The notes under the pieces are model-generated. The model was not told where the DNA came from and did no database searches. It saw only the letters and a program-made list of their open reading frames with translations. Shown piece after piece: positions 45,511 to 55,404 of a DNA stretch of 64,000 nucleotides. Where the stretch lies: positions 93,637 through 157,636 of the forward strand of contig QHSX01000039.1 in the NCBI GenBank assembly GCA_003221695.1, in the 5' to 3' direction. This DNA is from Candidatus Rokuibacteriota bacterium (GTDB lineage: Bacteria > Methylomirabilota > Methylomirabilia > Rokubacteriales > CSP1-6). The position numbers and the translations under genes are program-made. Positions within the stretch are counted from its first letter, which is position 1, and every line of letters begins with the position of its first letter.

Positions 45511-46388
45511 ACGTCCTCGCGCAGCTGGGGGTCTCGACCGTCCTCCTCGGCGGGATCTATGCGCTGATCGCCGTCGGCCTCACGCTGATCTTCGGGATCA
45601 TGCGCGTGGTCAACTTCGCCCACGGCGAGTTCCTCATGCTCGGGATGTACGCCGCCTTCTGGGCGTACGATCTCGCCGCGCTGGACCCGTATCTCGTCCT
45701 GCTCGGGGCCATCCCGCTCTTCTTCGCGGTCGGCCTTCTGACGTACGTGCTGGTCATGCGGGGCGTCATTCATGCCTCCCACAACGCCCAGATCTTCACG
45801 ACCGTCGGGCTGTCCATCGCGCTGCAGAACGTCGCGCTCGTCGTCTGGACGGGGGACTTCCGCACGCTGCGGCCGTGGCACTCCTCGGTCGTGATCCGCG
45901 TGCTCGGCACGGCGTTCAATCTCTCCCAGGTGGTCGCGTTCGCCATCGCCGTCGCCCTCACGCTCGCCCTCTTCGCCTTCATGAAGTGGACCCATTCCGG
46001 CCGGGTCATGCGCGCCACCGCGCAGGACCACGACGCCGCGACGCTGATGGGCATCGACACCGACCGCGTCTACCGCCTGACGTTCGCGATCGGGATCGCG
46101 TGCGTGGGCGCCGCGGGCGTACTGGTGTCGCCGCTCTACGCCGTCTACCCCACGGCCGGGCTCCAGTTCGTCCTCCTCGCCTATGTCGTCGTCGTGCTCG
46201 GGGGTCTCGGCGACATGGTGGGGGCGATGCTGGGGAGCCTGATCGTGGCGGCGGTGGAAGTCCTCGGCTCGTACGTCTTCGGCGTGGCCTGGAAGGAAGT
46301 CTTCTACTTCGTCCTGTTCATCGCCGTGCTCGTCTTCCGCCCGGCCGGGCTCTTCGGCCAGCGCGGCGCCGAGACGCTCGGGGTGTGA
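45507..46388 (+). CDS. LivH-type ABC permease (start uncertain, 45474-45525)
   Basis: YALIAVGLTLIFGIMRVVNFAHGE, VVVVLGGLG, RPAGLFG. Confidence 0.9.
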   Translation: MDVLAQLGVSTVLLGGIYALIAVGLTLIFGIMRVVNFAHGEFLMLGMYAAFWAYDLAALDPYLVLLGAIPLFFAVGLLTYVLVMRGVIHASHNAQIFTTVGLSIALQNVALVVWTGDFRTLRPWHSSVVIRVLGTAFNLSQVVAFAIAVALTLALFAFMKWTHSGRVMRATAQDHDAATLMGIDTDRVYRLTFAIGIACVGAAGVLVSPLYAVYPTAGLQFVLLAYVVVVLGGLGDMVGAMLGSLIVAAVEVLGSYVFGVAWKEVFYFVLFIAVLVFRPAGLFGQRGAETLGV

Positions 46389-47365
46389 TGACATCGTTTC
46401 CGCCCCGGCGCTGGGCCGCGCTGGCGCTCCTCGGCGTCGCCACCCTCCTGCCGCTGGTCGTGCGCGATGCGTTCGTCCTGGACAGCCTGATCCTGATCCT
46501 CATGTGGGGGGCGCTCTCGGCCGCCTGGAACGTGGCGGGCGGCTATGCGGGCCAGGTCTCGCTCGGCCACGCCGCCTTCTTCGGCATCGGCGCCTACTCC
46601 ACCGCCCTGATGACGGCGCGTTTCCAGCAGAGCCCGTGGCTCGGGCTCCTCCTCGGGGTCGTGCTCTCGATCGTCGCCGGCGGGGTGATCGGCTACCTCT
46701 CGAACCGCCTCCGCGGCCCCTACTTCGCGCTCTCCACGATCGCGTTCTCGCAGGTGCTCCTGATCCTCGCGAGCCGCTGGCGCGGCTTCACGGCCGGCTC
46801 GGAGGGGATCCCGGTCCCCTTCCGTCGCGGCTTCTGGACGCTCGGCCTGAGCCACGTCGCCTGGGTCTACGTGGCCCTCGGCGTCGCGCTCATCTACTAC
46901 GGCGTCGAGGCCTGGCTCGAGAGCTCGCGCCTCGGCTACCAGCTCGCCGGCGTCCGCGAGGACGAGGACGCCGCCGAGGCGCTCGGCATCGCGAGCCGCC
47001 GATTGAAGATCCACGCGGTGACGCTCAGCGCCGCGATGACGTCGGTCGGCGGCACGCTCTGGGCGCAGTACGTCGGCTTCGTCGACCCGTTCTACGTCTT
47101 CTCGATCGACCTCTCGATCAGGTTCGCGCTGAACACGATCATCGGGGGGATGGGCACCGCCCTCGGCCCCTTCCTCGGCTCGATCCTGATCACGTCGCTC
47201 GAGACGTACCTGCGCGCGACCTTCTCGGGCCTGAAGACCGGGTTCGCCGGAACCTATCTCGTCATCTACGGCACGGCCCTCATCCTCGTCGTCCGGTTCG
47301 CCCCCGAGGGCTTGACCGGCCTCGCCGATCGCCTTGGAGCCTGGAGAGCCCGTGCTGACGCTTGA
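46388..47365 (+). CDS. LivM-type ABC permease
   Basis: WNVAGGYAGQVSLGHAAFFGIGAY, REDEDAAEALG, IIGGMGT. Confidence 0.9.
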   Translation: MTSFPPRRWAALALLGVATLLPLVVRDAFVLDSLILILMWGALSAAWNVAGGYAGQVSLGHAAFFGIGAYSTALMTARFQQSPWLGLLLGVVLSIVAGGVIGYLSNRLRGPYFALSTIAFSQVLLILASRWRGFTAGSEGIPVPFRRGFWTLGLSHVAWVYVALGVALIYYGVEAWLESSRLGYQLAGVREDEDAAEALGIASRRLKIHAVTLSAAMTSVGGTLWAQYVGFVDPFYVFSIDLSIRFALNTIIGGMGTALGPFLGSILITSLETYLRATFSGLKTGFAGTYLVIYGTALILVVRFAPEGLTGLADRLGAWRARADA

Positions 47366-48077
47366 GGGGGTGACGAAGCGCTTCGGAGGTCTCACGGCGG
47401 TGCGCGCGGTGAGCCTCGACGTCCGCCGGGGCGACCTCCTCGGGATCATCGGACCGAACGGCGCCGGCAAGACCACGCTCTTCAACGTCATCGCGGGCTA
47501 CTACCGTGCCGACGGTGGCCGCGTCGTCTTCGAGGGCCGGGACGTGGGCGGCCGGCCCCCGCACGCGATCTGCCGCCTCGGCCTCACGCGCACGTTCCAG
47601 CTCGTGAAGCCCTTCGGCAACCTCTCGGTCGCGGACAACGTGATGATCGGCGCGCTCACGCGGCTCGGCAGCGTGCGCGCGGCGCGCCTCGAGGCCGAGC
47701 GCGTGGTCGAGACGTGCGGCCTCGCCCCGCACGCCGGTGCGCGCGCCAGGGCGCTGCCGATCGGGCTCCGCAAGCGCCTCGAGGTCGCGCGGGCGCTCGC
47801 CACGCGGCCGCGTCTCCTCCTGCTCGACGAGGTGATGGCGGGCCTCACCCCGTCCGAGCTCGCGGGGATCGTCGAGCTGATCCGGCGCCTGCACGCCGAC
47901 GGCCTGACGCTGATCGTGATCGAGCACATCATGGCGGCGATGATGCGTCTCGCCGAACGCATCGTCGTGCTCCACCACGGCGAGGCGATCGCCGAAGGCA
48001 CGCCGGGCGAGGTCGCGCGCGACCGCCGCGTCATCGACGCCTACCTCGGCGAGGAATTCGTCCTTGCTCAGGCTTGA
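47352..48077 (+). CDS. LivG-type ABC ATPase
   Basis: GPNGAGKTT, LLLDE, IEH. Confidence 0.92.
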   Translation: MLTLEGVTKRFGGLTAVRAVSLDVRRGDLLGIIGPNGAGKTTLFNVIAGYYRADGGRVVFEGRDVGGRPPHAICRLGLTRTFQLVKPFGNLSVADNVMIGALTRLGSVRAARLEAERVVETCGLAPHAGARARALPIGLRKRLEVARALATRPRLLLLDEVMAGLTPSELAGIVELIRRLHADGLTLIVIEHIMAAMMRLAERIVVLHHGEAIAEGTPGEVARDRRVIDAYLGEEFVLAQA

Positions 48078-48768
48078 CGCGATCGACGCCTTCTATGGCG
48101 ATGTGCAGGCGCTCGCGGCGGTCTCGCTCGAGGTGGGCCAGGGCGAGATCGTCGCGCTCGTCGGCGCCAACGCTGCGGGCAAGTCCACCACGCTGCGCGT
48201 CGTCTCCGGCCTCGTGGCGCCGCGGCGGGGACGCGTCCTCTTCGGCGGCGAGGATCTGACCCCCGTCGCCGCGCATCGGAGGGTCGAGCGCGGGATCGTC
48301 CAGGTGCCGGAGGGGCGCCGCCTGTTCCCCTTCATGAGCGTCGTCGAGAACCTGCTCCTCGGGGCGCACCCGGCGCGCGCGCGGGCCGAGCGCGCGTCGA
48401 CGGTCGAGTACGTCTACTCGCTGTTCCCCGTCCTCGCCGACCGGCGGACGCAACTCGCGGGCTCGCTCTCGGGCGGCGAGCAGCAGATGTGCGCGATCGG
48501 CCGTGCACTCATGGCCCGCCCCCGCGTGCTCATGCTCGACGAGCCGACGCTCGGCCTGGCGCCCGTGCTCGTCTCGAGGATCTTCGAGACGGTGCGGGCG
48601 ATCAACGCGGACGGTGTCACGGTCCTGCTGGTGGAGCAGAACGTCCGCCAGGCGCTCACGCTCGCCCACCGGGCGTGCGTGCTCGAGAGCGGGAAGCTCG
48701 TGCTCCAGGGGCGGGCGCGCGAGCTGCTGGGCGACGAGCGGCTCAAGCGCGCGTATCTAGGATTGTAG
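48064..48768 (+). CDS. LivF-type ABC ATPase
   Basis: GANAAGKST, LSGGEQQM, LDEPTLGLAP, LVEQN. Confidence 0.92.
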   Translation: MLRLDAIDAFYGDVQALAAVSLEVGQGEIVALVGANAAGKSTTLRVVSGLVAPRRGRVLFGGEDLTPVAAHRRVERGIVQVPEGRRLFPFMSVVENLLLGAHPARARAERASTVEYVYSLFPVLADRRTQLAGSLSGGEQQMCAIGRALMARPRVLMLDEPTLGLAPVLVSRIFETVRAINADGVTVLLVEQNVRQALTLAHRACVLESGKLVLQGRARELLGDERLKRAYLGL

Positions 48769-48772
48769 GCAC

Positions 48773-48877
48773 ATGCGCATCGACCGGGCGCGACTCGAGG
48801 GATCTATCGAGGGCCTGGGCAGGATCGGCGAGACGCGTGGGCGCGTTACTCCGCGGGTGGCAACGCGTCGCCCGTGA
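48773..48877 (+). pseudogene. N-terminal remnant of an M20 Zn-dependent amidohydrolase (hydantoinase/carbamoylase type)
   Basis: ATG 4 nt after the livF stop gives MRIDRARLEGSIEGLGRIGET, then unrelated sequence and a stop. Confidence 0.55.
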
Positions 48878-49607
48878 CGTACGGGACGGCGTGCGCCAGC
48901 CGGTGACGCACGGCGAGCCGTCCCACGACCGGCAGGTGGTCCGAGGCCACGCGGGCGATGCGGCTCCGGTGGACGTGGAACTCTCGGCCCTGGAGCTCGA
49001 CGTCCCAGTAGATCCGGTCGAGCGCGAACAGCGGGAACATCGCCGGATGCGTGCGCCGCATCCGGCGCATCGGCGACGAGAACTCGCGCCGCAGGACGCG
49101 CGTGATGGGACCGCGGTGCCATTCGTTGAAGTCGCCGAGGAGCACGCGCGGCCCGACGAGCCGCGCGGAGTCACGGATGAACCGGCCGAGCAGCTCGAGC
49201 TGCTGACGTCGCTCGGAGAGTGCCAACCCCAGGTGGCAGTTGAAGACGTGGAGCGGCGTGCCCTTCACGTCGAGATCCACTCGCAAGGCTCCGCGGGGCT
49301 CGCGCGCACCCCGGGACAGGTCGCGCCGCTCCGAGCCGAGGATGGGCAGGCGTGTGAGCACGGCGTTGCCGTAGATCCCCGTGCCGTGCGCGCGCGTCGC
49401 GCCCATGATGAGCTCCATGCCGAGCTTCATCGCGAGATACGCCGCCTGGTCGCCGGCGCCCCCGCCGGCCTCGCGGATCACTTCCTGGAGCCCCACGACG
49501 TCGGGCCCCGTCTCGGTGATCACGTCGGCGATCCGGTCGAGGTCCAGGCGGCGGTCGAGGCCGACGCCCCGGTGGATGTTGTAGCTCACGACCGTAAGGG
49601 GGATCAC
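48846..49607 (-). CDS. Endonuclease/exonuclease/phosphatase (EEP) family protein
   Basis: SYNIH, GLQEV, GNAVL, GDFNE, LDRI, ASDHLP. Confidence 0.92.
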   Translation of the reverse strand: MIPLTVVSYNIHRGVGLDRRLDLDRIADVITETGPDVVGLQEVIREAGGGAGDQAAYLAMKLGMELIMGATRAHGTGIYGNAVLTRLPILGSERRDLSRGAREPRGALRVDLDVKGTPLHVFNCHLGLALSERRQQLELLGRFIRDSARLVGPRVLLGDFNEWHRGPITRVLRREFSSPMRRMRRTHPAMFPLFALDRIYWDVELQGREFHVHRSRIARVASDHLPVVGRLAVRHRLAHAVPYVTGDALPPAE

Positions 49608-51232
49608 GCCGCCTCGCGGGCGTGGAGGAAGTGCGCGTACAGCTCGACCGGATGAGCGATCGTCGACGGGAGCGTCACGGTCGGCGGATGGATGACGAAC
49701 GTGTGCAGCTCGTCGTACGACGTTCCGGCATGCGCGCCGACCTCGTCCACGAACGACACGTGACCCTCGGGCGCGTCGATCCCGTAGACGACGAGGTCGC
49801 CAGCGCTCTCCATCGCCATCAGGTCGCGGAGGCCTTCGAGGACTCGGTCCAGGTCGTCGCGGCCGGCGAACGGCCCGGTCCCGAGCTCGTGGAGACGATA
49901 GCACTTGCCGCGCCAGGCGCAGACGGGCCCGTCGGCGGCGCGGGCCAGCACGAACCCGATCCCGGGGCTCCGCGAGAGCTCCTCCGCGAGCCCCGGGAAG
50001 CGCTCCTCGATCCACGCGATCTCCACCGGCGCCGCGACCTCCCGGAAGTAGACGAACGCGTTCGGCCCGGCCGACACGACGCGGATCCCGCCGTGCTCGC
50101 GGACCCCACGCGTCCCGCCGAGGACCCAGGGGAAGTCCCGCTCGAGGTAGTTCACGAAGCGCTGGAAGAACCCGGGCGCCCGGTGGGCGCGATACGCGGC
50201 GAGCCCGCGCGCGACGCGCCGCGCGCGACCGGCGAGCGCGGGCTCCGCGTGCACCGCGAGCGGATCGAGGAAGTCGTCGAAGAGGGCCTGCTCGATGGGC
50301 TTGCCGCCGGAGAGGCGCACGTACGGCGTGCACTGAGCCTGGCCGTGGTCGGACAGGACGTAGAGGTCGTAGTGGTGCTCCGGAACGCGCCGCAGGACGC
50401 GCCAGAGCCGGTGGATCGAGCGGTCGACGCGACGGAGGGCACGGAGCGCGCGCCGGTGACGCGGGCCGTGCGCGTGCGCGACCACATCGTAGTCGAGGTA
50501 GTTCACGTAGACCGCCGGCGCGCCCGCGTACAGGTCGCGCGCGACGACCAGCGTGAACAGCTCGCGGAGCCACACCGAGATTCCGACCTTGATGGCGAGC
50601 CAGCGCCATCCCCGCGCGGTCTCCCTGACCGGGTCGGCGACGAGGCGGAGGAGGGCGCGGGCGAGCTCGATCCCGGAGAGCACGCAACACTTCACGAGGA
50701 CCCAGCCGACGACGACGAGCTGCGAGACGAGGCAGAGCAGGCCCGCGCCACTCGGCCGCCGCATCATCGCGAAGGTCAGGAGGTTGCTCGTGGCGCCGCC
50801 GGTGAACACGCAGCCGTAGGCGCTGCCCTCCGCAAGGATGCCGCGGCGGCCCTGCGCGTGCGCCGCCTCGACCCGGAGGGCGTCCTGCCCCCGCGGGAAG
50901 TAGACATCGGCGTGGCGACGTTTGTCGTGGTAGTGGAAGCCGGGGATGTCCGGCCGCACGCCGTACATGACCGACATCTGGAAGGCCGGCGTCGAGGTGG
51001 GCAGGCCGACGCTCATCGGCGTGAGCCGCCAGCCGCGCCGCCGGACGAGCCACGCGAGGAAGGGCGCCGTGCCGTCGGCGAGCGCCTGTGCGAGCACCGC
51101 GCGCGACAGGCCGTCGATCTGCACGATCAGCACCCGGCGGCGCGTCGCCTCGGGTGCCCGGCCGCGGTGGAGCCGCCGCACGACTCGGTCGAGCCCCCGC
51201 TGCAGGCGCAGGACGAGGTCATCGAGGGACAT
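49604..51232 (-). CDS. Alkaline phosphatase/phosphodiesterase superfamily protein
   Basis: IVQIDGLS, PTSTPAFQ, DYDVVAH, LSDHGQ, GAHAG. Confidence 0.85.
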   Translation of the reverse strand: MSLDDLVLRLQRGLDRVVRRLHRGRAPEATRRRVLIVQIDGLSRAVLAQALADGTAPFLAWLVRRRGWRLTPMSVGLPTSTPAFQMSVMYGVRPDIPGFHYHDKRRHADVYFPRGQDALRVEAAHAQGRRGILAEGSAYGCVFTGGATSNLLTFAMMRRPSGAGLLCLVSQLVVVGWVLVKCCVLSGIELARALLRLVADPVRETARGWRWLAIKVGISVWLRELFTLVVARDLYAGAPAVYVNYLDYDVVAHAHGPRHRRALRALRRVDRSIHRLWRVLRRVPEHHYDLYVLSDHGQAQCTPYVRLSGGKPIEQALFDDFLDPLAVHAEPALAGRARRVARGLAAYRAHRAPGFFQRFVNYLERDFPWVLGGTRGVREHGGIRVVSAGPNAFVYFREVAAPVEIAWIEERFPGLAEELSRSPGIGFVLARAADGPVCAWRGKCYRLHELGTGPFAGRDDLDRVLEGLRDLMAMESAGDLVVYGIDAPEGHVSFVDEVGAHAGTSYDELHTFVIHPPTVTLPSTIAHPVELYAHFLHAREAA

Positions 51233-51339
51233 TCGAGACCTAGTGTAGCCGCCCTGGCCCGCCTTCCGGAAGCGTCCTGACGCGCTCCCGACCTGCCACG
51301 GCGCTCGGCGAGACTGCCGTGTTGTACTATCGGGTCGGT

Positions 51340-53583
51340 GTGGTTCAGCCGCTGATCGGCCGGGTCCGGGAGTTCGTCGAACGTGAGGTGCGCCCGAGCG
51401 CCGCGGCGCTCGAGCACGCCGATCGCTATCCTCACGAGCTCGTCCGACGCATGCGCGACCTCGGCCTCTTCGGCGCCCTCGTGCCCGCGGCCTACGGTGG
51501 CCTCGGCCTCGACGTCACGACGTACGCCCGGCTCGTCGAGGAGCTGTGCCGCGGCTTCATGTCGCTCGCCGGCGTGATCAACAGTCACACGATGGCCGCG
51601 CTCATCGTTCTCCACCACGGCACCGAGGAGCAGCGCCGACGCTTCCTCCCCCGCTTCGCACGCGGCGAGGCGCGGGGCGGCCTCTGCCTCACCGAGCCGC
51701 ACGCCGGCTCGGACGTGCAGGCCATCCGGACCGTGGCGCGCCGGGCGGGGGCCGACTACGTCATTTCCGGGACGAAGATGTTCGTGACCAACGGTCGCGA
51801 GGGCAACACGTTCGCGCTCCTGGCGCTGACCGATCCGACGGCCGAGCCGCGCCACCGTGGCATGTCGTGCTTCGTCGTCGAAAAGGGCCACCCCGGCTTC
51901 CGCGTCGCCAAGTCCATCGCGAAGCTCGGCTACAAGGGCGTGGACACCGCCGAGCTCCTGTTCGAGGAGTGCGTCGTGCCGGTGGCGAACCTCGTGGGAG
52001 GCGTCGAGGGACGCGGCTTCGGGCACGTGATGAGCGGTCTCGAGATGGGCCGAATCAACATCGCCGCGCGCGCGGTCGGTGTCGCCCAGGCGGCGTACGA
52101 CGACACCCTCCTGCACCTGGCGGGCGCGTCCGGCGAGCCACCTCCGGCGCTCGCGGACATGGCGACCAGGCTCGAAGCCGCGCGCCTCCTCACCTACTGG
52201 GCGGCGGCCATGAAGGACCGCGCCGAGCGTTGCGATCTCGAGGCTGGCATGGCGAAGCTCTTCGCGTCGGAGGCGGCACAGGAGCTGGCCGTGACGGCGC
52301 TCCGGTTGCACGGCCCGGGCGGCACGCGCGCCGATCGTGCCGTCGAGCGCCACTACCGCGACACGCCGCTCATGATCATCGGCGAGGGCACGAACGAGAT
52401 CCAGCGGACGCTCATCGCGCGACAGCTCGTGGACCGACACGGCGAGCGCCTCGGCGCCCTCACCTCGCGCGAGGGCGAGCCCCGCGAGCGACGCGAGATG
52501 GTGCTCGCCGTCCGCCAGTTCGTGGACAAGCGCGTGGCCCCCGTGGGCCAGGAACTCGATCGTGCGGGGGCCTACCCGGCGGAGCTCGTCGCGGCGCTCG
52601 CCGAGCTCGGTTTCCTCGGCGCCGCCGTGCCTCAGGAGTTGGGAGGCCTCGGGCTCGACCCGCGGACCTACGCGATCCTCGTCGAGGAGCTGGCGCGCGG
52701 CTCCGCGGCTCTCGCCACCGTCGTCGCCGGGCACGCGGCAGTGGCGCACGCGCTCGCGCGGCTCGGCACCGACGCGCAGAAGCGCCGGGTGCTGGCGCCA
52801 ATGGCGGGCGGAGAAGCCCTCTGGATGTGGGAGGGCAGCGGCGCGCCTGCGGCGGTCCGCGTCGGCGACGGCTGGCGTCTCGACGGCACCGCCCCGCCCG
52901 TGGACAACGCGTCACGCGCGGCCGGGTTCCTCGTCGGAGCGCGCGTCGACGGGGGCACCGTCGCGCTCCTCGTCGGTCGCGACACGCCGGGCGTACGACT
53001 CGGCGAGCCCGTCGCCACGCTCGGCCTTCGCGGCGTGGACCCGTGCGCGCTGATCTTTGACGACGTCAGGCTCCCGGCGAGCGCCGTCGTCGGCGCCCCC
53101 GGGCGCGGCGACGAGTCGATCACCGCCGCCCTCGCCCTCGCGCGCCTCGGCGCCGCCGCCACCGCCGTCGGCGTGGCCCAGGCGGCCTTCGAGGCGGCGC
53201 TCCGCTACGCGCAGCAGCGCACGGCGTTCGGCAAGCCGATCGCCCAGCATCAGGCCATCCAGCTCAAGCTCGCCGACATGGCGACGCGGATCACCGCGGC
53301 GCGTCTGCTCACCTACGAGGCCGCCGACCGCGGGCTCGACCCCGACCGGCTCGCGATGGCGAAGACCTACGCCTCGGAGACGGCGTACGACGTCACGCTG
53401 GAGTCGATGCGGACGCACGGCGGCTACGGCTACACGGCGGAGTTCCCGATCGAGCGCTACTACCGCGACGCCGCGCACCTCCTGGTGGCGCCGACGGGCA
53501 ACGACGCCGAGCGTCGCGCGCTCGCCGCGCGGCTCGCCCGGGCGCCACGTCCCGCGACGGGGGCCGATCCCGTCGGGCGCTGA
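51340..53583 (+). CDS. Tandem (two-domain) acyl-CoA dehydrogenase
   Basis: Two ACAD repeats: LTEPHAGSD...IGEGTNEIQR, then AFGKPIAQHQAIQ...HGGYGYTAEFPIERYYRD; start uncertain (51319-51340). Confidence 0.88.
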   Translation: MVQPLIGRVREFVEREVRPSAAALEHADRYPHELVRRMRDLGLFGALVPAAYGGLGLDVTTYARLVEELCRGFMSLAGVINSHTMAALIVLHHGTEEQRRRFLPRFARGEARGGLCLTEPHAGSDVQAIRTVARRAGADYVISGTKMFVTNGREGNTFALLALTDPTAEPRHRGMSCFVVEKGHPGFRVAKSIAKLGYKGVDTAELLFEECVVPVANLVGGVEGRGFGHVMSGLEMGRINIAARAVGVAQAAYDDTLLHLAGASGEPPPALADMATRLEAARLLTYWAAAMKDRAERCDLEAGMAKLFASEAAQELAVTALRLHGPGGTRADRAVERHYRDTPLMIIGEGTNEIQRTLIARQLVDRHGERLGALTSREGEPRERREMVLAVRQFVDKRVAPVGQELDRAGAYPAELVAALAELGFLGAAVPQELGGLGLDPRTYAILVEELARGSAALATVVAGHAAVAHALARLGTDAQKRRVLAPMAGGEALWMWEGSGAPAAVRVGDGWRLDGTAPPVDNASRAAGFLVGARVDGGTVALLVGRDTPGVRLGEPVATLGLRGVDPCALIFDDVRLPASAVVGAPGRGDESITAALALARLGAAATAVGVAQAAFEAALRYAQQRTAFGKPIAQHQAIQLKLADMATRITAARLLTYEAADRGLDPDRLAMAKTYASETAYDVTLESMRTHGGYGYTAEFPIERYYRDAAHLLVAPTGNDAERRALAARLARAPRPATGADPVGR

Positions 53584-53611
53584 CCCGGCGGGGCTCCCAG
53601 GAGGAAGCTCG

Positions 53612-54094
53612 TTGGCCTACGGACGTTACCTCGAGGAGTTCAGGGTCGGCGAGGTCATCCGCCACTGGCCCGGGCGAACGATCAGCGAGGCGGACTGCAC
53701 CTGGTTCGCCCTCCTGACGATGAACCAGCACCCGGTCCACTCGGACGCGAACTACGCCGAGAAGTACACCCAGCACAAGCAGCGTCTCGTCCTGGGGCCG
53801 CTCGTCTTCTCGATCGGGATCGGCATGACCGTGGCGGACGTGTCGGGACGCGCCATCGCCAACCTCGAGATCGAGAAGATCACCCACGACGCGCCGGTGT
53901 TCATCGGCGACACGCTCTACGCCGAGTCGACCGTGCTCGACACGCGCGAGTCGAAGCGGGGCGACCGCGGGACGGTCACCGTGGAGACGCGCGTGCGGAA
54001 CCAGAAAGACGAGCGTGTCATGACCTTTCGCCGCACGGCGCTCGTGCCGAAGAAGAACCACGCGACCCTCGGCGAAGGAAGGCTTTCGACATGA
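53612..54094 (+). CDS. MaoC-family dehydratase
   Basis: AGGAGG RBS and TTG start; GRYLEEF, HWPGRT, TMNQHPVH, PVFIGDTL. Confidence 0.9.
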   Translation: MAYGRYLEEFRVGEVIRHWPGRTISEADCTWFALLTMNQHPVHSDANYAEKYTQHKQRLVLGPLVFSIGIGMTVADVSGRAIANLEIEKITHDAPVFIGDTLYAESTVLDTRESKRGDRGTVTVETRVRNQKDERVMTFRRTALVPKKNHATLGEGRLST

Positions 54095-55383
54095 GCTTCG
54101 ACCCCGGCCTGTTCCGCGCCGTCAGCCTCGACGACTTGACCATGCCCGGCGGCTGGTGCGTCTCGAGCGGCCAGACGTTCCTCTACACGCCGGAGGAGCA
54201 ACGGCTCATGCACACGGTGCGGGCCTTCGCTCAGCGGGAGATCCTGCCGACGTCCGCCGCGGCGCACCGTCGGGTGAAGGAGATCAAGGCCCAGCACCCT
54301 CCGGGGCCCGAGCGGCGTCGCCTGCTGCGCGAGCTGGCGCGCGCGTACCTCGCGCTCATCGGGGAGGCGGGCCTCAGCGGCGCGCTCTTCCCCGAGGCGT
54401 ACGGCGGCAACGGCCGGGGCGTCGTCGCCGAATGCATCGTCGACGAGGAGCTCGCGGCCGCGGGCCACCCGGGCGACACGATACGGTCGGTCTCGCTGAC
54501 GCTGGGCACGATCTCGATCCTTCGATACGGCACGGAGGCGCAGAAGCGGCGGCACATCCCGCCGCGCCTCCGGGGTGAGGAGCTCGCCGCGATCGCGATC
54601 ACCGAGCCCCAGATCGGCAGCGACACCTCACGCATGCAGACGCGCGCCGCCCTCCAGGGCGACCGCTGGGTCATCAACGGCCAGAAGCGATTCATCACGG
54701 GCGGCGGCCTCGCCGACTTCGTGACGCTCTTCGCGATCACCGACACGGCGACGCACCCGCACAAGGGCATGTCCACGTTCATCGTGCCCATGGATCACCC
54801 GGGCGTGACGATCCGGCGGCAGCTCGACGAGGTCATCATGGCCGACTGGATGGACAACGCGCTCATCGAGTTCAACGACGTGGACATTCCCCGCGAGAAC
54901 CTCCTGGGGCCCCTCAACGGCGGCTACCACGTCCTGATGGACGAGCTCGACACCGAGCGCGTGACCTACTGCATGGCGGCGCTCGGCAGCGCGCGCCGTG
55001 CCCTAGAGGTCGCCGCGGAGTATGCGACCAAGCGTGTCCAGTTCAAACAGCCGATCGCGATGTTCGAGGGGGTCTCCTTCAAGCTCGCCGAGATGTACAC
55101 GTACCTCGACGCCGCGCGGCAGCTCGTCTACCGGACGGCTAAGATGATCGAGGCGGGCGTGCCGGCCCAGCGCGAGAGCGCGGTGACCAAGCTCTTCACC
55201 GCCGAGGCCGTCTGGAAGATCGTGGACCACGCGATGCAGGTCCTGGGCGGGATCGGCTACACGACCGACTTCCCGGTCCAGGCGATCTTTCGCAACGCGC
55301 GCCTCATGCGGATCGGCGCGGGCTCGGACGAGATCATGAAGTTCCTCATCGCGCGGGAACTCCTCAAGGAGGTCAAGGGGTAA
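54091..55383 (+). CDS. Acyl-CoA dehydrogenase family protein
   Basis: ITEPQIGSD, INGQKRFIT, RVQFKQPI, LGGIGYT. Confidence 0.9.
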   Translation: MSFDPGLFRAVSLDDLTMPGGWCVSSGQTFLYTPEEQRLMHTVRAFAQREILPTSAAAHRRVKEIKAQHPPGPERRRLLRELARAYLALIGEAGLSGALFPEAYGGNGRGVVAECIVDEELAAAGHPGDTIRSVSLTLGTISILRYGTEAQKRRHIPPRLRGEELAAIAITEPQIGSDTSRMQTRAALQGDRWVINGQKRFITGGGLADFVTLFAITDTATHPHKGMSTFIVPMDHPGVTIRRQLDEVIMADWMDNALIEFNDVDIPRENLLGPLNGGYHVLMDELDTERVTYCMAALGSARRALEVAAEYATKRVQFKQPIAMFEGVSFKLAEMYTYLDAARQLVYRTAKMIEAGVPAQRESAVTKLFTAEAVWKIVDHAMQVLGGIGYTTDFPVQAIFRNARLMRIGAGSDEIMKFLIARELLKEVKG

Positions 55384-55404
55384 ACTGGTCCAGGGGGCGG
55401 CGGT

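Noticed and set aside
45474..45525. ATA start for LivH overlapping the upstream TAG
   Set aside because: An in-frame GTG at 45474 is a canonical alternative, so non-canonical initiation is not required.
51240..51310. Possible SRP-like RNA (TCAGG...CCGGAAGG on the minus strand)
   Set aside because: It lacks the full SRP domain IV motif (AGCAG) and a long stem; more likely a divergent promoter region.
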